64,000 nucleotides of DNA, from the NCBI GenBank assembly GCA_013265495.1, contig MU058198.1, positions 6,773,779 to 6,837,778 of the forward strand, given 5' to 3'. Both the position numbers and the translations under genes were made by a program. This document shows positions 52,045 to 64,000 of the stretch, piece by piece. The notes under the pieces were generated by a model. The model saw only the letters and a program-made list of their open reading frames with translations. It was not told where the DNA came from and did no database searches. This DNA comes from Vicugna vicugna. Lineage: Eukaryota. Every line of letters begins with the position of its first letter. Position 1 is the stretch's first letter.

Positions 52045-54179
52045 GTTTGGAATAGTTGACATGGGAAACTCGAAATGGATGTAACTTTGGGGATGGGGGT
52101 CAGGGTAGGAGAGAGGAGGTATATAAAGTAGTAAAAAGTATAAAGTTCTTGCCAAGTTCCTGACACTACTTATCAGTGGGGTTATCAATGAAAGGGGACT
52201 GTTGATGAAAGCAGAGGTAGCTGTTCTTGCCTGATGAGCTTCCAGTCTGGTTGGGGAAGAAAACATCTACCTACATACCCTGGCTAGGAAACCGGGTTAT
52301 AAAGGTAGGTTGGAAAGTCTAGATAGGTTCAGGAAAAATCAAACAAGAGAAAAGTTAGTCTTGAACTGGTTCTTGAAAAAAAGTGTAACATTTGTATCCT
52401 TGGCAAGGAGGGAAAGGGTATGCCGTTAAGCCTTTTTGGAAGGTAGGGGTGGAACGGGACAGGACAACTGCAGCTGAGTGCAGAAGGAATGTCAGCAAAT
52501 AATGACAGATGACACTGGATGTGTCTCAGGGCCGGATCCCATCCCTCACCCTCCTGTCTCATCAGGCACAGCCTTGTTCTCTGGTCCTTGGACTTGTTCT
52601 CAGTGCATTCCCACCCCTCAGCCAACATGCTTACCTTTCCTCCACCTATAAACCCCCGTCTGCTCTGCCTTCCCTGCAAGCCTCCACCCCTGTCTCTGAG
52701 TCACAGGCCTGCTAATGGGAAATAGTTACCTACATTTGCTGCTCCCACCACACCCCTCCTGCATGGTGGCTCCTGTCCCTCCCACTGAAAGTGTTTTCCC
52801 TGGGGTCCTCAGGAACATCCTGTCAGTCAGGAGACAGCTCTGAGTCCTTTTCTGTGGCATTGGGTGTTGCTAATCACCCCTCAGGTAAACTTTCCCACTT
52901 TGACGGAGATAAGGATTTGGAGATGTCATTGCACAGACGGGGCAGAGGTAGGGGGTTACCTAGAAATGTGTGGGAATGGCGGCCACCAGGCTCCAGCCCT
53001 GAGGACAGGTAGGAGAAGGGCCAGCCCAGGAGACTGAGGAGGAGGTGGTGTGAGGTATAGGCATACCATGCAGGAGGGAGACCCTGAAGCCAGAGGAGGT
53101 GGGAGTGAGCACCTGTGTCCAGATGCTGACAGGTCAGGTCACATGAAACAGGAACTAATGCTTTGACTTGTAGGGGTCATTTGTTCTCAAGCATTTCCAC
53201 TGGACTGAAGGTGAGGACAGAAGCTAGATTGAAGTGGGTTGAAAAGTCAAATGGGGGTGAGGGAGTAGAGGCACATGCTTGGACAATTTAAGGTTTGCTG
53301 TGAAGTAGAACAAAGACAATTGGGTAACTGGACGTGAATGTGGGCTTCGGAAGCTCTTATTTTTAAGATGGACTCTCCTGAAGTATGCTTGTTTGCTCAT
53401 AAAGCATAGGAAAGGAGTATCAGATGGTCCAAGGGAACAGATGAGAGAGGGATTGGTCTTCAGTAAGTACAGGGACAGTTGGCCCTCTGTAGGGGAAGGC
53501 AGAGGTGACAGGTGCTGCTCCTTGGAGCTCATCATCTTGTTGGTGGGAATAAAGTTTCTGGCTTCTCTTCTGAGCAAAGTAGGGACCTCAGACATCGGTT
53601 AAGAGGACCCAGATCTGGATCTCAGGGCAGGGGCAGAGATACTGAAGAGAAGTTTGAAGTGTCGATATCATCAGGGAAGGTAACTGACTTAACCTGGCAG
53701 CATAGTGAGAATGCTTGCTGTCAGTGTGATGGGACAGTATAAACTAAAACCTACCTGTCCAGTTGGAGGGCTTCCCCCAATTTAAATATACACAGATGGG
53801 CAGGTAGAAGGCAAGTGATTCTGACCAGGATTCTTGCTTTATGTCTCAGGAGTGAACAACTCTTTTTCCCTGCTGTTCCTTCCCAGAGTCTTCCCACCTT
53901 TGGTCCACACCTTCACCGTGGTTGTGGCTCAGTGGGTCTTTTTCCTCCTTCCTCTTTGTTCACTTAGCAGATTACCACTAGCATCATCAGTTCCTGCAAC
54001 TTTAGCCATGGCATTTATGCTGACCTTTCTCAGATGTGTCCACTTCTAATCTGTAATCTGAACTCTAGATCCCTGGTTTTGTGTGGTTCTAGCTAATGCA
54101 GCTAGACTTCTTTTCTTAAGGGACATGTTCTTCTGTATTAAATGCACATGTGAGAAAAAACAGATCTGTGTCACAGGCA

Positions 54180-56270
54180 ACCAAAGAAAAACAGTTAAGT
54201 TCATAAAAATTAAAAACATGCTTCAAAGGACACAATTCAGTAATAAAAAAGACAACCCAGTAAAAATGGGGAAAGAGATCATCAGAGAAGATACACAGAT
54301 GGCCATTAAATACATGAAAAGATGTTCAGCATCACTAGCCATCAGGGACATACAAATCAAAACTGCTAGTTACCATTTCACACCCACTAGAATGGCTGTC
54401 ATCAAAAAGACAATATCACATGTCGGTGCAGATGCAGAGATATTGGAACCCTCGCACATTTCTGATGGGAATATAAAATGGTATCTCCACTTTGGAAACA
54501 GTCTAGCAGTTCCTCAAAAGGTTAAATATGAAATTACCATATGATCCAGCAATTGTACTCGTAGGTATATACCCAGAAAATGAAAACACATCCACACAAA
54601 AACTTGTCCACAAGTGTTCATAGCATAATCCATAAAGTGAACACAGCCCAAATGTCCATCAGTTGATGAATTGATACACAAAATGTGGTATATGCAAACA
54701 TGGCTTATTAGTCAACAATAAAAAGGAGTGAAATGCAGAACAAGCAAATCTGTAGGGACAGAAAGAAAATTAGTGTTTGCCTACGGCTGGTGGGGATGAA
54801 GACGTGCATCTGTTTAAAATGTACAGCTCAGTAGTTTCTGGTATACTCAGAGTTATGCAGCCATCACTACAATTTTAGAACATTTTCACCGCCTGCCCCC
54901 AAAGCCCCAAACTCATTAACAGTCATTCCCCTTCCTTCCTCAGCCCTCCCCTGCAGCTTTCTATGAACCTGCCTATTCTGAATGTAAATGGAATCATATG
55001 ATAGGTGGTCTGTTGTGTCTGGCCTCTTTGACTTAGCATAATGTTTTCAAGTTTCATCCGTGATGTAGCATGTGTCAGTATTTCATTCCTTTTTATTGTC
55101 AAGTAATATACTCTATGGAGTGGATAACACCACACTTTATCCATTCATACAGTTTCTCCACATCCTTCCCAACACTTATGTCTCTTTGATTTTGCCATTC
55201 TAGTGAGTGTGAAATGGTATCTCGTGTGGTTTTGATTTCCATTTCTTTGATGACTAATGATATTAAACATCTTTTCATGTGCTTCTTGGCCACTTGTGTA
55301 TCTTCTTTGTAGAACTGTCTATTCGGATCATTTTTGTGCATGGTCTGAGGTATCAGTCCAAATTCATCCTTTTACATGTGAACATCCAAGCTGTTCTTGT
55401 ACCATTATCAAGTTGTCTGGGTAACCTTGCTGAAAATCAATTGACCATGGATATAAATGTTTATTTCCAGTCTCTTAATTCTGTTCTCTTGATCTTTATG
55501 ACTACCCTTTTGCCAGTACCATCTTGATTACTGTAGCTTTGTAGTACATTTTGTAATTGGCAGAACTTTTTCATTTACAAGATTATGTGGCTATTCTGGA
55601 TCCCTTGAACTTCCATATGAATTTAATGATGAGCTTGTTAATTTCTGCAAAGAAGCCAGCTGAAATTTTGATACTGATTACATTTAAACTGTAGATCAAT
55701 TTGGAGAATAATGCTATCTTAACAATATTAAGTCTTCTAATCCATGAACATGGAATGTCTTTTCTATTTATTTAGGTCTTAATTTTTTTTAAACAATGTT
55801 TTGTAGTTTTCAGGATAAAAACTCTTCTCTTGTTAAACTTATTCCTAAGTATTTTATTCTTTATGATGCTATTGTAAACGTAATTGTTTTCTTAATTTCA
55901 TTTTTGGATTGTTCATTGCAACTGCTTAGAAATACAGTTGATTTTTGTCCATTGATCTTGTGTCCTGCATCCTTGCTATTAGTTCTAACCTTTTATTATT
56001 TCTAATAGTTGTTTAGTGGATTTCTGAAGATTTTCTGTAAATAAGGTCATGTCATCTGCAAACAGAGATTGTTTTACTTCTTTTCCAAGCTGGATTCTTT
56101 TATTTCATTTTATTGCCCTGTTGCCCTAGCTGGAACCTCCAGAACTATGTTGACTTGTTCCTGATCTTAGAGAAGAAAGAATTCAGTATTTCACCATTAA
56201 GTATGATATTAGCTGTGGGTTTTCAGATACCCTTTATCAGATTGAGGAAGTTCCCACCTATTCCTGGTTT
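54180..56270. mobile_element. Old L1 fragments (plus strand to about 54800, then minus strand)
   Basis: ORF2 C-terminal peptides (EDTQMAIKYMKRCSASLAIRDIQIKT..YHFTPTRMAVIKK) and antisense ORF2 text. Confidence 0.85.
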
Positions 56271-56564
56271 GTAGATTACTTTTTTAATAAACAGAAGCAG
56301 AGATTTTAAGGTAACAGTGCTTTGTGACTCAGAAAGTGTCTTCACTTAAAATTTTATTTGAATCATTTTACAGACTTTAAAAAAAAAATGGAGACCAGAA
56401 TGCTTGAATCATTTGTCAGGATTATAGCAGCAGAGCTGGGACTAGGGCATGTTGCTTTTGGAAGGTACTTCCAAAAAGTACTCTTGACTTGATTAAACAT
56501 ATTGAGCACAAACATCACTGGAAGAATTCCAGGACAGCTTGCCACTGTATTCATTTCCTAGGGC

Positions 56565-57041
56565 TGTTGTAAATGCAAGTGACTATCGACTGGGTGACTT
56601 AAAAGAAATGTATTCTCCCACAGTTCTGAAGACTGGAATTCAAACATCATGGGGTTATATTAGTTCCAGAATCAAGGGTGGGTTCCTTCTTGAGTGCTCA
56701 GAAGGAGAATATGTTCCATGCATCTCTCCCAGTCTAGTGGTTGCCAGGAGTCCTTGGCATTCCTTGGCTTGTAGCTGCATAACTCCACTCTCTCTCTGCC
56801 TCTGTCAGACGGCTGTCTTCCCTCCATGTGTGCGCGTGTCTCTCTCCACCTGGCACTCACTATATGTGTGTCTGTGCCTCTTTTATAAGGACGCCAGGCA
56901 TTGGATTAAGGGTCCACTCTATTCCAGTATGACCTCATCTTAATATACATCTTAATGACTTACTTCCAAATGTCATATTCATAGGTACTGGGGGTTAGGA
57001 CTTCAACATATCTTTCTGGAGAACAGTTTAACCCACAACAG
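56565..57041 (-). mobile_element. MaLR LTR (MLT1A-C-like)
   Basis: tgtattcatttcctagggctg...ttggattaagggtccac...gacctcatcttaa...gggggttaggacttcaacata...acccacaaca. Confidence 0.75.
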
Positions 57042-57093
57042 CCACTAATAAGGTTCTCTTCTCCCCCACCTACTTCAGGCGCCCCCGTATACC

Positions 57094-57168
57094 ATGGCCC
57101 TCGTGTCTGCCGATTCCCGCATTGCAGAACTGCTCACGGAGCTCCATCAGCTGATCAAGCAAACCCAG
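57094..57168 (+). CDS. SGF29: SGF29 first coding exon (MALVSADSRIAELLTELHQLIKQTQ); exon starts at 57079
   Basis: Acceptor acttcag, Kozak accATGg, donor gtaaaa; matches the SGF29/CCDC101 N-terminus. Confidence 0.96.
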
Positions 57169-57567
57169 GTAAAAAGCCACAGCCCTCCTCTACTAGAAAG
57201 GAATATGGGCTGTGATGCTGAGCTGCAGAAGGGGCAGGGGTGCTTGTGATCAAAGAGATTGGACATGTAGGAACCACAATGATGTAATGAAGGTGAGAGG
57301 AGGTGGAGACTTGAGTGTGACTGCCATTCCTGCTAGATTTTCTGTCATGTGCAAGATTTCATGATTCTTTTTGTTTAGCAACAGCTCTATTGAGATAGCA
57401 TTCACATGCCATACAGTTCACCCACTTAAGGTGTACAGTCCAATAGTTTTTAGGATATTCAGAGTTGTGCAACCATTACCAATCAATTTCAGAACATTTT
57501 AATCACCTGACAAAATGCCCCGTACCCAATAGCAGTCACTCTCCTGTTCCCTCCACCCCCTTATTCC

Positions 57568-60500
57568 AGGTAAATAGGGATACTCTTATCAGGCAAGATA
57601 TCCTAAGTGTGTTTAAGGGTTATCTCCCAAGAACAGGTCAAAGGCCAAACCTTTTTTGGAATGTGCCGAGTTTGAAAACCCAGGCCTGCTGAATTAACAT
57701 TTAACTGTAGCAGCCACCCACCCTGGCCCTTGGCCAAGACTCTGTTAGAACAAAACAATCATATTTGAGCATCTGTATTTAGTATAACATTTATGTAGTA
57801 GTTACAGCAATAGTATCAGTATGAATATATCTAACATTTGCAGGAGGGGAGGGACAGACTTAAACAACTAATCTGACCTATAGAGCCATTGCATACATTC
57901 TCATATTTTTGTTCTAATTTGATCACCTGTTTTCCTCCTCCATCTACCACTGTGTTTGTACCTTATGATAAATTTATGCAAAACTGTTTAGCGTAGAAAT
58001 TAGCTGATGGTTAGCTAAATCCATTTCTTCCTCAGGCCAGTCATCTTCCATCAGCATTACATTCTCAGGTGACTCTGACTCAGTCTCCCAATACACTTCA
58101 TCATCAGTATCAGTATTATCATTTGACTTGTTTACACGAGGTAGTTGAGTCCTACCAACAGTGCCATTGTGTTACACCATATGTGTGGTCATGGTGAAAT
58201 TCAGTTTTATTATAGAACAAATCAGTAGGAATTACAGAGCTATTTGTTACACCTTCCCGACAGAATTGGCGCTGCCAATTTACCAGATATTATTATAGGC
58301 AGGCTTTATTCAGTTTTTTCTGGGTTCTAAGTCAATGTGGGATAAAGCCAGTCACTCTGTCTCAGCTCGGGCTTGTACTGAGACTGGTTTCCATCATGTG
58401 CTGTTGTACAGCAGAGTCCACCTCCCTCCTTTCAGAAGGCCACAGGTAGTTGTCAGAGTGGAAGTCCTGTCTCTGCTGACTGTACTTCAGGTTATGTCTT
58501 CTTTTGATCTATTCTCAGGTCAGGGGTAGTCATGGTGCATCAGTGTGAATTATAGTGCCCCAGACGGCTTCCACAGGGTGCTTCTTGGGGCTCAGCTGCT
58601 AGGATAGAGGGCCACTGTTCGATGGCTACTGAAGCCTCTATTCGTATTAAAAGAGTCAGGTCCTGGTGGGTCAAGGTGCAAGCCGTTCCCAACAACAGAT
58701 GGTCCTAGAATTATCCAGCATCATCTGTTGGATTGGCTTGAACCACTTCGCTAAAGCCTCATCATCTTTCCAGACTGATTCCCCCATCCCTTGCCTTCCT
58801 CCTGCAAAAGAACTCACTTCTGTTTGTTTATTCTAAATAATGAATCTTTTCCCCCTGAATGCTGTCTCTTGTTAGTGAATTCAGCTTACCCCACAAAGAA
58901 TGCTCCAGTACCTACATCCCCTGAAGCCCTTTTCTGTCTGTGGGCCAGTGTTGCTTACTCTGCCATGCATTTTGTTGCCACTGTGTGCTAATGGCCTGGG
59001 TTTTGCAGTTAGGATACATATTTTGTACCCAAAAATGTTGGATTCCCCATCCTAGGGTTAGATGAATGGCAGTCACACCTAGATGTAATTTAGCCTGAGT
59101 ATATCATACTGCTCCTCAAAACCTTCCTCATCTAGGGGGATGGGGGAAGGGTCTGTTCCCCAGGGGAATTTGGGCCCACCATTTGCCTGCTGCTGTAATC
59201 CTATCAGAAACCCCCCCCTTTTCCCCCCAATTCCTTTTAATAGCTTTTCTTTCACAAAAACAGGCAATATGTATTTGTGCAGGCACGCTGTGGCAGGTAG
59301 AGAGCTTGCTGTGCTGTGTTCTGTCCATTATAACCAGAAACCTTTCTAAGCATTCCATCATCCAGGTTTGTAGTTACACAATGATCAGTCTGCTGGCAGC
59401 CACCATATAGTCCAATGGTCCAGTGGGGAGCAGTTCCCGGAAATTCCTTCCCAAATGACATCCTTTGTAGTGGGATGTAACCTGAAAAATAAGAGTCAGG
59501 AGATTTGGCGCACATATTGCCAAGTGAAAGAACCGAGGCTAAAAGGCACTGTACTGTATGATTCCAACTATGTGACATTATAGAAAAGGCAAAACTATAG
59601 ACAATAAAAAGATCAGTGATTGCCCAGGTTTAGAGGGAGGGAGTGATGAATAGAAGGCACACAGGGGATTTTTTAGGGAGGTGTAGTCATTCTGTATAAT
59701 ATTATAATGATGGATACATGACATTATACATTTGTCAGAACTTAAAGAACTGTACAACACAGAAAGGGAACCTTAATGTAATCCATGGACTTGATAATTA
59801 CCAGTATTGGTTCAGTAATTATAACAAATGTACTACACTAATGCAAGATGTTAATAATAGACAAAACTGTGCAGGCGGAAGCAGGTATATGGGAGGGAGC
59901 TCTACTACCTGCTCAGTAGACCTAAAACTGCTCTAAAAATAATTTATTGATAAAATTTTAAAGATTAAAAAAAGATACTGGCACATTGGTAGAATTCTGT
60001 TCAGTCATCCAAAATTTGTCCAGTTTATCATTACACCATCTAACCAAAATGTTTCTCAGAGGGATGGCCTTCAGGTTTGCAGACTTCCACTTGACTTTGT
60101 CAGGTTCTAAAAGCAGAGATGGAAAACCAAAAAAAGATAAAATAAGAAAGAAAAGCAGAGATGATCTTGGCAAACACATAGCTTCACCCTTTTCTTTTCT
60201 TTTCTTTTCTTTTTCCAGTGGGATGGTAATTTGGTTTATTTACTTAGTTTTTTTTTAACATTTTTTTTTGATTTATAATCATTTTACAATGTTGTGTCAA
60301 ATTCCAGTGTTCAGCACAACTTAGTTTTTTGATGGAGGTACTGAGGATTGAACCCAGGACCTCCTGCATGCTAAGCATGCACTCTGCCACTTGAGCTACA
60401 CCCTGCCCACCACGGCTTCACTCTTAGGGCATCTGGTATAACTGAGTTAAGAGTCAATATTATTCTCTTGTTCTGAGCCTCTCTCAGGTATTAATATAAT

Positions 60501-61005
60501 ATTGAATTTCCCTCATTGCATAACCCATTTATTCTTTTACCTCGGCTGCTCTTTCTCCTTCCCTCCATTTGTCATTGATTTTTACCCAGGCTTTTCTGTT
60601 CTTTGAGGGACATTAGGTTCAGCCATAGTGCTGGTCCCGATTGCCAGCAACACTAGCCTAGCAAGTCCCCGACCTCCCCCCGCCCCAGTCCACTCCACTC
60701 CCACTGATGCAGGGTTGGGTTACATAGGTATGGAACTAGTGGGCTGTTGCAGCCACTAGACAGGAGAGCTGCATTCACTGTTAACTCCATTTTGCCAGAT
60801 GGGGTGAAGGTACACCCTACCCCATCAGGCACTTAGAAATTCTGATATAAGGTTGAAAGGTATAGTTAAAATTTCTTCCTTAGGAATCATCCTAGCTTCA
60901 GGCATCTCAGTCGCAGCCCTGGTCCCAGGATCACTGATGTGGCGAAGAATTGTACCAGCATCCTTCCCCACCCCCTCTTCCCCAGATGAATTGGTCATAG
61001 ATACT
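57568..61005 (-). mobile_element. Degraded ERV: MER21-like LTR piece (about 57568-57713) plus probable internal sequence, interrupted by L1 (about 59540-59945) and a SINE (about 60190-60408)
   Basis: ggttatctcccaag..ggtcaa.ggcca...tggaatgtgc..gtttgaa.acccaggcctgctga.ttaac resembles MER21; PPT-like agggtgggtggc abuts it; L1 sequence lies on both outer sides. Extent of the internal region is uncertain. Confidence 0.45.
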
Positions 61006-61499
61006 TGTGTTAATTTCTGGACTCTCGGTTCTGTTCTATTGCTCTTTATGGCAGTATCACACCGTTTGACTACTGCAGCTTTGTAGGAAATTTTGAAATT
61101 GGAAATATCCTCCAATGTTATTTTTGTTTTTCTTTTCAAGATTGTTTTGGCTATTCTGGGTCACTTGAATTTCTATATGAATTTTGGGATGAGCTTGTCA
61201 GTTTCTGCAGAGAAGTCAGCTGGAATTTTGATGGGGATTGCACTGAATCTGTAGATCAGTTTGTCTTTTTGATAAAGGAGGATCATTAAAGGTATAACTT
61301 ATGATTTATGATTTAACATTAATGCCTTTTGTATTGCTTTTGCATTAACCTGAGAAGGAAATCCTTTTGAACTTCTAGATTTTGTCGTTGGATTTATAAA
61401 TGAGGGCCATATTTATGGGGCCTCTGGCCTGGGCGGCAGGGTGGTTGCCACAGCAGGATGAAAGGCCTCCCTCATGTCGTGTTGACCTCATCCTTGCAG

Positions 61500-61575
61500 G
61501 AAGAGCGTTCGAGGAGCGAACACAACTTAGTGAACATCCAGAAGACTCATGAGCGGATGCAGACAGAGAACAAGA
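61500..61575 (+). CDS. SGF29: SGF29 coding exon (EERSRSEHNLVNIQKTHERMQTENK)
   Basis: 76 nt, acceptor ccttgcag, donor gtgagt, phase consistent. Confidence 0.96.
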
Positions 61576-62274
61576 GTGAGTAGCTGGGCTCGGGGGAGAG
61601 AGGGGTGGAGGTGGGGGTGTGGGAACAGGGTCGTCATTGTTTTTGAAAGACATTTTTGCATGTATCTGCATAATCCAAAATGACCTGCTCCCTAGGCCTG
61701 AGGGACAGTTTTCCCTTAGGCTGGGCAACCTAAGATGAGCCAAGAGACAGTTGACAGGCTGTCTGGCACTAAGGGACCTTAAAATCCCCCAACTGTGGGG
61801 ACTGGAAAGTCAGCGAAATGATGCTGCGTTTCAGGAAACCCCCTGGAGCCCACAGCACCCCAGGTAGCTGGCATTTTCTAGAGTTTCCCTCCCTGTGTAC
61901 CCTGCACATGCCCCCGAGGCCCTCGGATGGTCGGACTACCTGGCTGGTGCTTTCCTACCCTGAGCAGCTTTGAGAACTGTTTTCTGTTTTCCCATGTGCT
62001 GAGAAGTACTTTCTGCGTGTGTCATGCTATGGCAGGGGTTAGAGAGTCCTCTCCTAGATGTAGTGGTGACACTAGATGACATGTTGTCTGTGCCGAATGA
62101 AAATGTGAACATGGAGATACCAACTTCAGGGAGCACTTGAGCCAATAAAGCTCACAACTCGGTCCATGGCCCCTTGGTGCCTCCCAGAGTCTAACTCTGG
62201 GGAACTGGAAGCAGTGCCACGTGACTGCCCGCCGCCGCTCGCCCACGTGTCTCTTCTCCGTGTTTACTTTGCAG

Positions 62275-62347
62275 TCTCTCCCTATTACCGGACAAAGCTG
62301 CGAGGCCTCTATACAACCGCCAAGGCCGATGCAGAGGCTGAGTGCAA
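62275..62347 (+). CDS. SGF29: SGF29 coding exon (ISPYYRTKLRGLYTTAKADAEAECN); gene continues beyond the window
   Basis: 73 nt, acceptor ctttgcag, donor gtgagt. Confidence 0.96.
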
Positions 62348-62577
62348 GTGAGTACTGTCCCACTGCCTCGCCATTGCTTCCCCTCCTCACCGGGGTGCTG
62401 GGCTGCAGGGCTGCAGGAGCCCGCGGACCACAGCCCCAGCCTGCCTTTCCTCCCAGGGATAATAGTCTCTGACTTCCAGCCTCTCCTTTAGGGCCCACCT
62501 TCCCTAGAGCCACTCTGGCCCCTCTTCCATGGCCATGCTGCTTTATGGATGGCAGAAATACATGATGGAATCCCAGT

Positions 62578-62592
62578 GCGGCCATCTGCTGG
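62578..62592 (-). promoter_or_regulatory. Candidate CTCF site
   Basis: Reverse complement CCAGCAGATGGCCGC matches the CTCF core. Motif only. Confidence 0.4.
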
Positions 62593-64000
62593 TCACATGA
62601 CCTCGGGCAGTCACTTCAGCTGAGACTCAGTTGCTCCGTCATTAAAATAGGGATAATAACCACCGACAGAATTGTCAACAGAAAATGGGATAATGCATAT
62701 AAAGTACCTGATATCAGTACTTTTCAAACTCTTTTGACTATAACCCATGGTTATGCCTGGTGTTGGGCAGTCTCCATATAGAGACACAGGGTGGTGAGGA
62801 TCCTGCCTTCAAGGGCAAGCAGTCCAGAAAGGAGAGACACCCTAAAAAAGTGTAATTGGTGGGCCAGCAGAGATGGTGCTCACTGCTCCTGGGGATCTGG
62901 GCCCACCTCAGCAGGGAGAAGAGACTTGAGCTGGGGATGGTTAGGCAGACAAGTCAGAGAGCCCAGGCAGAGAGGACAGAGTGCACCAGGTCTGTGGAGG
63001 GGCGCCTGCAGACCATGAGCATTTGGGATGAGAACTAGTCCGGTATGGCTGGAGGAGGGCAGGGCAGCATGTGGAGGGTCTCTGGTACCCAGACTTTATC
63101 CTGGAGGCCATAAAAAGCAAAAGAAGGCATAAAAGCAGGAGAGAAATGCCTAGTTGCTGCACAGAGAGTAGACTGGGTGAGATTCAAGGGCAGGTAGGAG
63201 ACTAGGCAAGAGATGGTGATGGAGTTGAGCTGAGACTGTGGCAGTGGGGATGGAGAGGCAAGGGCGGGTTCTGAGATCAAATTGGGGGACCAGTTGGGAG
63301 AGGAGGAGGAGAAGATTCTAAGGTTTTTAGTTTGGACAAAGGGATCTAATGGGGCTCCCTAGGCCAGGTTGTGGAGCAGAACAAAAGGATAGGGCCAACT
63401 GGCGGGGAGGAGACACAGTGAATTCTGGTTGGAGGTGTTGCCCTTGGCTCTCCATCCAACCCTTCCCCACCCCTACCTTCTCCCTGATTTTCAGATTCAT
63501 CATGTGGCCATAGCCAGGCCCATCCTACTAGGAGTTTGGCTTGTGTAAGTCAGTGACTCAGGCTTACTTGAGAGTAAAAGGTGAACTTTCCCTTCCCAGC
63601 TTAACTGCCAGCAAAGTGCACCGGCTGCTTCTGTAACCAGTTGGTGTGGGCTCTTGTCTGGCATTGACTTACCGGAGTTTAACACTGAAGGCATGTTTCA
63701 TAACTGCCGGTGCCTGCAGTTCTGCTGCCATTTCACTTTTTCAGACTCTCAGGCCTTCACACATCTGTTCACTAAACACTGAGTAAGTAAGGCATCTTCA
63801 CCTCCACATACCATGCTGGAATGGGAGAGGGTGAGACAGATAAGACACCGTCCTTGCCCTCAGGGAGCACCAACCTCATCTGGGTGGGGAAAACGTGGTG
63901 CAGTATGTGCCTGTGGCACTGACCTAAGTGCTGCAACACACACCAGCTCCTCTAAGTAGATGTGCCAAGAGCCTTGAGGAACTAACCGAAGCCCTGGGAC

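Noticed and set aside
54083..54544. 153-aa ORF
   Set aside because: Degenerate L1 ORF2 C-terminus.

Overview
Mammalian genomic DNA, most likely a camelid, judging from about ten copies of a tRNA-Ala-derived SINE of the Vic-1 type. The window is syntenic with human 16p11.2 and contains the probable CLN3 promoter (left edge, -), APOBR (+, 4 coding exons, 1016 aa), IL27 (-, 5 exons, 237 aa), NUPR1 (-, 82 aa) and the 5' part of SGF29/CCDC101 (+, non-coding exon 1 and three coding exons), among L1, L2, MIR, MaLR/ERV and Tigger repeats. Features not visible in the ORF track: (1) a decayed, intron-containing class I phosphatidylinositol-transfer-protein gene between IL27 and NUPR1 whose exon sizes match PITPNA/PITPNB, a candidate unitary pseudogene of a lost third paralog; (2) an HSD17B4 retrocopy that appears to preserve an in-frame exon 12-14-skipped mRNA and was later interrupted by a solo LTR; (3) an old EPDR1 retrocopy; (4) an IL-27 alpha chain with no cysteine and a shortened poly-Glu tract. 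All homology calls were made by eye against remembered protein sequences; no searches were run.
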